A DNA stretch of 64,000 nt from the NCBI GenBank assembly GCA_000708835.1, contig DF237251.1:1-64000 (forward strand), written 5' to 3'. Positions 30,801 through 39,869 of the stretch are shown here, piece after piece. How positions within the stretch are numbered: position 1 is the first letter of the stretch; every line of letters starts with the position of its first letter. Source of the stretch: Klebsormidium nitens (taxonomy: Eukaryota; Plantae; Klebsormidiophyceae). The position numbers and the translations under genes were made by a program. Under the pieces are notes generated by a model that was not told where the DNA came from, searched no databases, and was given only the letters and a program-made list of their open reading frames with translations.

Positions 30801-32381
30801 GCGGCCCAAGGTGGAGGCGCAGATGAAGGCGTGGCTGGCGGGCATCCCGCTGGACGGCTCCGACGGACGGGCCGCGTTCGGCGACCGTTTCGCAGAGGTG
30901 ACGGTGGAGCTGCGCGCCAAGTACAAGAACACGCTGTCCGCCATCATCGAGAAGCTAGCGCAAAACGTGAGACCACCGTGTGACAGCGCTTTGATGTATG
31001 CATAGCAGCCGAAACGATGACGGTCGTGAACGCAAATTTGCCGCGCTTTTAGCGGGGTCGAACACGCGTATCTGCAAGGCCAGAGTCGATACTCGCCTCT
31101 TCCAAGTTTGAGCAACTCAAGCGGTCTACAGAAGAATGCATGAGTAATGTTACAAACAAGCCATTAAAATAAGAAGGTCCGGAGACATGTAGTAATGCTT
31201 CTTACCTTCCCAGGCCGCTCTGCCCGTATTTCTCCGTATTATCAGTTCTCGCGCCCTGTTGCAGGCCCACTCGGAGCGGAAGACGCACCTGAAGAAGATT
31301 TTACAAGACACCAAGGGCAAGGGCGACGACATCGCGCGGCGCATGCAGCCCCTCGTGGCGCAGCTGGGAGATACCATCAAACACCTCGACCAGGTGCGCC
31401 GTGCGCCAACTCGTTCAGAGTGGTGCCATGAAAGCGCGCGCACTCAGAAGCCGTTTCGCTGACTGCTTCTAATCGCATAAACCTTTCAGAGTGGTGCTTC
31501 GAAAGCGCGCGCACTCAAAAGCCGTTTCGCTGATCGCACAAACCTATTTCAAATCTCTCGACCGTCTGTTTACTTCACTGTTAGCATCGCCAGAACGGGA
31601 TCTCGAATCAATGCGTTCCCTATGGTTAAGATTCGCTATTCAGTAGGGCATCAGCCACTCTTCGCGGTTCAATGCCTTTCAACATCCGAGTGAAGCACCC
31701 GAGCAAGCTTCATTTCCCCAAATCTTGCAGATTCGTGAAAGGAAAGCCTCGCGTATCCGTTTGCTATCAACAAATCATTCTTCGTGCTGGTATTTAGCGT
31801 CTCTCGGCGTATTTTTCTTGCAGGTGTTGTCGAGCCGCGTGTTTGTGGCGGTGTGCCGCGGCTACTGGGACCGCATGGCCAAGGACGTGCTGCACTTCCT
31901 CGAGAACCGCAAAGAGAACATGTCCTGGGTCAAAAGCGCCTCCGCCGAGATGGCCCTCCAGGTGAAGCCGGCAGCAACACTTGGCCCGCCCTTGCAAACG
32001 AGCTAGCTACAGCTAAAATGTTTGCGAGAAAGTTTGACAAGAGCAGGCTCGACAACTCCGTTGCTCTTGATAGCAGCGGGGACCAAGAGGACTGCTTTTC
32101 GAAGATGCTTGACGGCATCCTACTTCACAAGAAGGAGTCTTGGAGCTGATTGTCTTTCAGTCGGCCAGCAGTCGGACACGCCTGACCTCAGCGTACACCT
32201 GCTCACTACGCTTTTCACCTGTGTGCAGTATTTGGACCGCGTCTTCACGCACCACATGACCCAGCTGCAGAGCCACTCGCTGCAAGAGCGGGATCTCGAC
32301 GCGCCCCGCTCCGTGCTGGAAGCGCGCAGCATGCTGTCCAAGGACATGCCCAACGTGGAGCAGTCCTACTCCCTCTTCTAG
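21849..32381 (+). CDS. Uncharacterised conserved plant protein of the At4g24610/At5g48310 family (C2-like region plus long helical C-terminus; 17 exons, about 1344 aa)
   Basis: Exons 21849-21896, 22377-23557, 24097-24315, 24851-25125, 25490-25676, 26017-26122, 26534-26814, 27112-27229, 27603-27848, 28387-28550, 28919-29141, 29613-29813, 30187-30342, 30757-30966, 31265-31393, 31824-31961, 32229-32381; all GT-AG and in phase. Recalled family motifs: MFTDGLDQNELEWVRK, AWQAVVTYDAVVRLCL, GPWRWLLDEFALYYGVSDSYTRLRYL, THLKKILQDTK, SVLEARSMLSKD. Confidence 0.9.
31414..31545. repeat. ~71 bp intronic tandem duplication
   Basis: TTCAGAGTGGTG...GAAAGCGCGCGCACTCA(G/A)AAGCCGTTTCGCTGA starts at 31414 and again at 31485. 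Confidence 0.85.
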
Positions 32382-33177
32382 CAAGTTTGAGTCTGAGTAT
32401 TACCGCATTGGTCTAACTTATGTTGAAAGCAAGATTTGTGAAGGGAGCCCAAAAATTCGTATGTTGACGCAGGAAGTGGGGAGGGATGCTTGGCGCCATA
32501 TGTAAATGAGAAGAGAGGCACGCAGACCGAAAAAACAGCTCGCTTGTGCATACCTATCGAGTCGGTTGGTGTCACTGTATAGGAGGCGAGGACTTTTACC
32601 TACCTTACCTAGAAACAACAAAGCAGGCAGGCTCGAACACTTTGGCTCTGAACCGGAAAAGGAAGCACGTTATAGACGCGGATTACTGCAAACACTCTTG
32701 GGGCGGTGATGCATACGATTGGGACGCCAAGTACGTCCGAGAGCAGATTTTTGAACGAGTTGCCCCATTGAGGTCACGGCAGAATCTTACAAGGAAGGTG
32801 TATATCTCTGGCGTTCCAAGCTATTGGGTGACAAGAATCACGCTCGCTCATAGTCTTGTCGCGATATCTATGAGCTATAGCTGGCAAGCGCTTCTTATCG
32901 TTCACATGTAGAACCCGTTGCATAATCCGTCATATGATCCAAGTGCATGTATCATCGAGTGAATGATAGCAAACTCAACCGGGTATCACGAGGCATTAAG
33001 ATGTCTCAGCTCGTCACCGTCATGACCGATGTGATCAATGATGTTTTGTATTCCGCAAAAATGCAGGACTTGCAAAAATCGTCGGGCGGATTCCGCTAGG
33101 ACACGACCCACAGAGGTTGGCGGACGGACGGATCCGAGCGAGGACCGTGGTACGGTAACGTAACCGTCAGTGACGCA

Positions 33178-33935
33178 CACAAGCTACCTATGGTGGGTAC
33201 CGGCCGAGTCGATTCCGACTCCGGCCGCCACAAAATCGATTTAGCGCGTATCGAATATCGTCAGTGTTACCGGCGGTTCGCGTCACGGCTACTCAGGTTT
33301 ATGTTACTCGGGCGGTACAAATACTCAGAGAATTTTGCCGGGCCGTAAGTAAGTGTGAGGAGATTCTTAAACAGTGTCAGGTTTTACACTTTGAGAGGAG
33401 CATCAAATTGGCACGCAAAGAAGAGCCATATGCAGGCTTATAAAAACCTCTGACAAGCAGAAAAAAATGTTGGGAGAGCGTCATGAAGGCTCCTTCGAAG
33501 CTCCAACATCTTGTTATGTTGAGGACAAATCGGAAGAAGCACCATCGTGGCTGCAAATGGCCGCCATTGCTTGCTTCTAAAAAGCGCCATTCCCTACACT
33601 CCCGTTTCCATCTTCTGCACTCTCCTTTCAAGTTAGGTACCGCGGTACTCTAGGGTGGTTCGAGTCGGAACTTCCGATCGAAACCATGATTTTCAAATTT
33701 CACGTACGGTCAGACTTGATCGGTACCGTACCGCCGGAAACTCCGGAAATTTCTGACGACCGGATTGTCAGACAGATTCTAATTTATGAACTCGGACCGG
33801 ATTCTCAAGTACCGGTCTGCACGGTCGTCAGTACCGCGTACAGTAATTGTCGCGACGCGACACACCGGTGATTCAAATTTGTGACCGGATCGTCGCGCGA
33901 TCGAGACCGCCGATACCCACCATAGGTTGCTTGTG
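33178..33935. mobile_element. Fold-back unit 1 (26 bp terminal inverted repeats), probable non-autonomous TIR element
   Basis: CACAAGCTACCTATGGTGGGTACCGG at 33178-33203 matches the reverse complement of 33910-33935 at 24 of 26 positions. No convincing internal gene. Confidence 0.55.
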
Positions 33936-33943
33936 CAAGAGGC

Positions 33944-34318
33944 ACAAAGTTTGCGAATAGAATTTGGGAGAATCGGACGCGGACACCCTGTTCGGACACT
34001 AAAAGTGCTCGGACTGTCGGAACGACACCAAAACCCTAAGGACAGTGGCTTAGCCGTTAGTAGGAACCCTAATCGTAGAGCAGTCACAGGGAAGGAACTT
34101 AACCCTAACAAACCGTCACAGGGAAGTGGCGTAACCCTAACATACCGTACGTCACTGCTTTGAGACTTAACCCTAAGGTCAATAAGACTGCCCGGTTGGT
34201 TCTGCGGTAGCCAGGTCTAGGTACCGCGACGAGCAGCGACGGTGCATACCGTACACTGCCATTTTCGCCCCGGTACCGTCCGATGCCGATTCTCCCAGAT
34301 TCTATTCGCAAACTTTGT
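33944..34318. mobile_element. Fold-back unit 2 (33 bp terminal inverted repeats) enclosing the AACCCTAA array
   Basis: ACAAAGTTTGCGAATAGAATTTGGGAGAATCGG at 33944-33976 matches the reverse complement of 34286-34318 at 32 of 33 positions. Confidence 0.6.
34032..34176. repeat. Degenerate ~34 bp minisatellite anchored on the telomere-like octamer AACCCTAA (5 copies)
   Basis: AACCCTAA starts at 34032, 34065, 34101, 34133 and 34169 (spacing 33, 36, 32, 36). Two spacers share GTCACAGGGAAG. Confidence 0.85.
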
Positions 34319-34786
34319 ACGTTTTGCGTCAGTGACGTTCAGTCTAATTTTAGGGGAGTGCCCAGGTACTATACCAAGCGGAAAGGTACGTACCAGGCTG
34401 GTCCTGGCTTGCAGCTCGATGCTGAGGCTTGATCAGCTTGCCTGAGCGTCATCTCTCTCAGATGTCAGTGCCGCAGGAGCATACACCATCCCATCCTTCA
34501 GCGCCTTTGGCAAGCATCATTAGGGAGCGCTAGCTAGGGCACCATTGCCCGGAGAGTCTAGTACTGTTTGCCTTCTCACCTGCAATTGTGTGACAATATG
34601 ACATTCACGCTGGCGAGTATTGCAAGCACTCTGCAACGCTTCAGAACGCAGCGCTTTCGTAAGTTTCCAGATCTTCCTTGTAAGTGGTCTTTTATGTCTA
34701 TCATTGTGTGAAGTAATGATGGAAAACTTGAGAAGGTCGACTGTTGGGTTTGTTCAAGCTTGGCCATGCTTTTGTTCCAAGTCTGT

Positions 34787-34890
34787 CCTGTCCTTCAAGC
34801 ACCTCATGCTTAAGCCTTTTCAGGCTTCGAGTCTTTTCAGACTTAAACCTTTTCAGGCTTCAAAGCATTTGCCGGTGCTTGAAGGACAGG
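34787..34890. repeat. 104 bp hairpin mini-element, copy 1
   Basis: Perfect 17 bp inverted repeat CCTGTCCTTCAAGCACC (34787-34803) / GGTGCTTGAAGGACAGG (34874-34890), enclosing AAGCCTTTTCAGGCTT and AGTCTTTTCAGACT mini-hairpins. Confidence 0.8.
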
Positions 34891-35567
34891 GCGCTTGAAC
34901 AAAAACACAAGCAATGCTTGAACGGGGGCACTCCTGATTGCCTCCGATTCTGTTGAATCACTCTTGTCTTTCGCCCATTGTTCACCAACTCTATTCTCAA
35001 AATCTTTCAGTCATAAGAGCTCTCCACAGGGCGGCTGTACATCTGGCATTAGCGGTACTCCAACGAGAGTGCCCATTGAACCAAACTTGTCCTGAAGAGC
35101 TGATTGCCTTGTTCCACGTACGTTTGCAGGGCTGCTGGTCTTGCAAGCAGGCTCTCCTTTGGATCTCCCTCGAGGATTGCATTGACACTGACGGGAGCGC
35201 TGACTGCCTTGATGAACGCAAGCATTTAGCTGAGAAGCAGGGTCGGGCTACACCCAAGCCATGAGCACTGAGCGAGGTGAGGTTTATTGCTAAGATCAAG
35301 CGGGACAGGAGCTCGACTGGTTGACAGGCACCAGGGTCTGCCATCTTCGATGCTTCTTAAAGTGCATTCTGTGTTGTTCAGAAGACCCCCGAGGTCTACC
35401 AAGCACCTGAGCAAATGCTTCATAATGCTTAAGATTGGTCTTCTTCACAACGCCCCTGAAAGTCTCCAAGCACCTCAAGCCTGGTCTGCAACTCCTTTCC
35501 CTGTCCTTCTAGCACCTCACACTCGCTGTAAAATCCTCCCGATCTTTCCTGAGTACTCCCTGTCCTC

Positions 35568-35741
35568 CCTATCCTTCAAGCACCATACGCTCAAGCCTTT
35601 CAGGCTTTGGGGTCTTTCAGACCTAAGTCTTTCAGACTCCAAGCCTTTCAGGCTCAAGCCTTTCAGGCTTTCAGGTCTTTCAGACCTTTAGTCTTTCACA
35701 CTCAAGCCTTTCAGGCTTCCAAGCATTTTCGGTGCCTTGAA
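35568..35741. repeat. Hairpin mini-element, copy 2, with internally amplified units
   Basis: Starts CCTATCCTTCAAGCACC and ends near CGGTGCCTTGAA. The interior has several AAGCCTTTCAGGCT and GTCTTTCAGAC units. Confidence 0.75.
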
Positions 35742-36399
35742 AATGAAATATCTGACCAGCTTCTTTGCAACTCATTGTCAGTTCCACTTGATCCGAAGTG
35801 CAGCAACAACCTGTTTAGTTGACGAAAGTTTCGGCATCCAGAGTGGATCACTTGTCTCCCTCGTGAACGCAACAATTGCCTTTCAAGGCATTCCCCATCT
35901 TACAATCATCTCATGTTGAGTGAGTCAGGCTCTTTATTTTTCTGCATTCACTGATCTTTCATGTTAAGCATCTTTCATGTTTAGCCAATTTCATGTTTTA
36001 GGCCCAGTGAGCTTTCAGGTGCCTTTCAGCTTTCATGAATTCGAGATTATCAAATTCAAGCTCCCAATTGTAAACCAATCTGCTGGTTTGGGCTTGAATC
36101 TTTTACGTGCACACAGCGATGTTTTGAGGTCATTGAATAAGGTTGTGTCAGTGTGATCAAGCAGCAGTGGAAGGAGATTTATCCTGGCTTTGTTCAACTA
36201 TTTTTGTCATTTGTGACATCTTTCGGGTTTGTTCACAAACTTCCATTCAGGCCAAGAGTTTCGCCTCTAGACGATCATGAAGACTGGATACCACATGCTC
36301 GTGAGCCTGAGTCTAATGACTTGGGTGGCTCTTAATGCCAACAGTTATCAGAGTTTACAAAAGTCTGAGAACGGAAAAAGGCAGACTCACTTGGAACAA

Positions 36400-36664
36400 A
36401 GGTGTCTATTGACATTCAACGTGGTAACTGGACTTCTATCAGTAGCTCTTTGAGACTCAACAAGAGTCGACGTAGCACCTTGCACACTGTCCATTTGGCG
36501 AGTTTCCAGTTCTACTCTTCTAGGGCTCGTAGGCAGGGAGCCGAAAGGTCCAAGTTTGGTACACGAAGCTGAGACTTTTGGTATAATAAGTTGACTGCAG
36601 AGTCAAGGTGCTCAATAACATCGCATTCTTCTTAGGACTGCGCATTCCACTCTGAAGTTATAAG
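36400..36664 (-). pseudogene. Possible decayed hAT-like transposase fragment
   Basis: The minus frame reads LITSEWNAQS*EECDVIEHLDSAVNLLYQKSQLRVPNLDLSAPCLRALEE*NWKLAKWTVCKVLRRLLLSLKELLIEV, loosely resembling the region around the RW motif of hAT/ZNF862-type transposases. Internal stops; the similarity is weak and unverified. Confidence 0.25.
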
Positions 36665-37370
36665 AACAACAGAGCCTTGTGCTGAACAATACGACTGAGA
36701 TTACAACATCTTATGAGATTTGATGTCGCCATTTCAAGGTGCTCTAAGCGTTCTTTCAGAGTAGGCGCTGCGCACATGCCTGTGCTTTGCATGCAAGCGT
36801 TATCAACTAGGTAAGGCTTGCCATGGATTTTTTGTTTCTTAACGTCGAAGGCTCAATCGAGAATCTTATTGGGGTTTATTGCATTGTTTAGAAAGAGGGA
36901 GGCTACTCAGTTCATAATGTCCACAGCATGGATACGGGGGGAAAATGTAAGAAGGAACGAGCTGTGCGGAGATGAAAGCTTCGCCCTCAGAGTATCACTT
37001 GCCTAGCATGTTTTCTCGCTCTATCTTTGAAAGATGGGATCGGTGTTCTCGGCAATTCCTTCTGGATGCTGTCCGACACAAACTGGCATACTTGATCCCT
37101 GAGCAAGAGATCTGAGGCCGCCTGTTCCAGTGGGCACTGGGGGCAGGTCCGCTATGGACGTGATGTCTGCGCAACCTCTGGCCACGTCAAAAGTGCGTTG
37201 CTTTCAGAACCGCCACTCTGGCCACCTCCAGCAGTAGGCAAGGATAAGCTTTGGTACTTGCTCTAAACTCTCAAGCCTCTAAAGCTAGCTAGGAATCTCG
37301 AACAATCATGCAAAGTCTGCCTGGCTGAGTTGCTCGCAAGCCTCCGGCTCACTGCTTTGGACCTTATGAC

Positions 37371-38850
37371 GCAGGCGCACTCAAGCGGAAGGCGCAGCTG
37401 AACAGCAAATCCTCTGCGACACCAAGAGCAAGACCGACGGCATTGTTTGGCGCCTGCAACCCCTTGAGCGCAGCTGGGGGACATCACCAAAAAGTTCAAC
37501 CAGGTGTGCCGCGCGGAGCTCAAGTTGCAACTATTGCGAAGAGTGTGCGAGCGCTTGAAAGGCGTCTCGTTGAGTGCTGTGTCCTTCAAAACTTGCCAGG
37601 TGCCGCCTCCGTCTCTCTGGAGTGACTATCCCCGCATTGATGGAACAGAATCACAATCTGCGGGACTTTAAGTACTTCTTGAGAGAACCTGCAGAAAGGT
37701 CGAAAACTCTTTTTCCTTCTGGAGGAGCGCCCCGCATCGGTTGGTTCCCGAATCCGGACTGCATTCTTTTTGCAAGGAGAGGCATGCAGAGACGAGCGAG
37801 AGGCATTCGCGCCAGTCTGATTCTTCTGGCCTCTTTGCAGGTGCTGTCGAATCCGCTGGCCAAGGACATGCTGCTTTTAGGCTCGAACCCGCAAGGAGAT
37901 TACGTCACCTGGGTCAAGAGCGCCTCCGCGGAAATGGCCCTCCAGGTACACCTCAACCCCAGCTTTTTCAACCGACATTGTCTGTCAGCCGTCACGTGTG
38001 CGAGGGGTATCGAGACCTATTCGACTTCGGCACCGCAGACTTGGCATCTCCTGGTCATCATAGTTCAACGGCTTTCATTGTTCAACATGTGAGCATCGAA
38101 CGATAAAGAACTCTGTACTTTCAACCCGTGTTAATAGGTTGACTTTTGCAACCTGACAGGATACCTATTGCTGACATCCTCAGGCTCTCAGGACCTTCAA
38201 GCTGACGTCCTCACAAGTATGGACAGCGTCCTCCGCACCACAATGACCCAGCTGCGGCGACACTCGCTGCATTGGAGCGGGACCTGCCACGCCCCCCGCT
38301 CCGTGCTAGGAACGCGAGCATGCTGTCCAAGGACTTGCCCAACATGGAGCAACCTACTCCCTCTTCTAGCAAGTTTGAATCTTAGTATCACCGCATTGGT
38401 CCAAGTTAATGTAGACAGCGAATTTAATGAAGGTCTCCCAAGAATCGTCTGATGACACGAACGGGAAAGAGACACTTGATGCCGTTTGTCAATGAGGAGA
38501 GAGCACGCAGACCGAAATTAACGTTCGCTTGTGATAAGTATCGAGTCGGTACGTGTACTAGAGGCTGCCGAGGACTTTCACTTTTCTCCAGAAAGGACGA
38601 AGTAGGTGTCGGCTCGAACACTTTGGCTATGAAGCAGAACGGAAGCATGTCATAGACACAGAGTCCCGCAACTAGACCGATGAGGTGGTGATGCATATGA
38701 ATTGTGCGCCAAGTACGTCCGAGATCGCAGTTTGTGCGCGACTTGCCCCAATGATGAGTTCAGGGCAGCATCTTACAAGGAAGGTGTATGTCCGTGGGCT
38801 TCCATTGAAGCTAAAGTTGGGCGGCAAGAGTCCGACACTACTCGCTCATT
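37371..38850 (+). pseudogene. Degenerate partial duplicate of the last three exons and 3' flank of the At4g24610-family gene
   Basis: 37371-37503 parallels exon 31265-31393; 37841-37946 parallels 31824-31961 (TGGGTCAAGAGCGCCTCCGCGGAAATGGCCCTCCAGGT); about 38215-38370 parallels 32229-32381 (ending CCTACTCCCTCTTCTAGCAAGTTTGA). 3' flank similarity continues (GCCAAGTACGTCCGAGA, ATCTTACAAGGAAGGTGTAT). Indels break the frame and intron positions are retained. Confidence 0.92.
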
Positions 38851-39869
38851 GATGTTTGATACAGATGGAGCTGTAGATCTGAAAGACTTCGCAATTGCTT
38901 CCTATATGGTTGGTGGAATTCGTTGCATGTTTCATCGATGTGTCAAGTGCATTAAAGAGTGATCTAGTAGCAAACCTTAGAGCTATACAGTGCCAGCGGG
39001 ATCGATCTGCAGCCGGCGGGCTGCTCGTTGAGAGCTGGTCAGCCGCATGCACACCCTTGATCAGTATATCGGATATAAACTTTAGATACACAACTAATCA
39101 TCTAGTAGTCATAAGGCTTCTACCAATATGATAAACAAAGGTGGTTGATTGAATCCCTGCCATGCAGCACGAGCATAGCTAATGGATCGACTCACGATCT
39201 TGCTGGTCAGTATAGTACGACACCATCGAACACCACATGACTCGGCACTGATACGTGAAGCCAATTTGTAATCTGCTCCACACGACGGCGTCAGTCCACG
39301 TTCATAATATTGGTATCATTGTTCTGTACCATGTTGACCATGTATAAAGACTAGGTCTTCCCTGTAGTCAAGATCAACTAGGTATGTGGCTCGAAACTAA
39401 TATTTGGAGCGTTGGAGCGGGAGGATGAAGAAGCTGTCGAATGAGAGAGCTTCACGTGGCAGCACGAAAGTGGGTCAAAAGTGGATGCTTTCAAATGGTG
39501 ACGTGGTAGATTGGAGCCTTCTGATTAGTCGGACAGGACTCTCGCCTCCGAAATGGCCCGGCCGCCCGTTGGTCTCAACTTCTCAAGACTCGAGCAGCTC
39601 ACCTTGCATTGCGGCAAGTTGCAGACTCCAGAGCCGCTGCTGCAGAATCTCTGAGTGCTTGCATGCTTGCATTCCTCCTCCTCAGCACACCTTCTTCCTC
39701 GTTGGTGCTTGCAGAGGAGCGTGCCAGATTACAGTAGTACGTGGCCTCAATTAGGGTTCTGCAAAGAGGGGGAGGGGCACAATTACCACAAAGCAGGCAG
39801 GCTTCGGCAGTGGGAAGCAACGTGTGGAAAGCAACGTGGTTGAGTGTAAATCTTTACCCATTGAGGAGC

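Noticed and set aside
21849-32381. Insecticidal Cry toxin, suggested by the recalled database label of this family
   Set aside because: No Cry/endotoxin motifs are visible; the label is a propagated annotation on a conserved plant family.
33377-33631. 84 aa ORF inside fold-back unit 1 as a transposase
   Set aside because: Short, with no recognisable catalytic or DNA-binding motif.
34032-34176. CRISPR-like regular repeat-spacer pattern
   Set aside because: The constant part is only 8 bp, spacers share sequence, there are no cas genes and the context is eukaryotic. It is a degenerate minisatellite.
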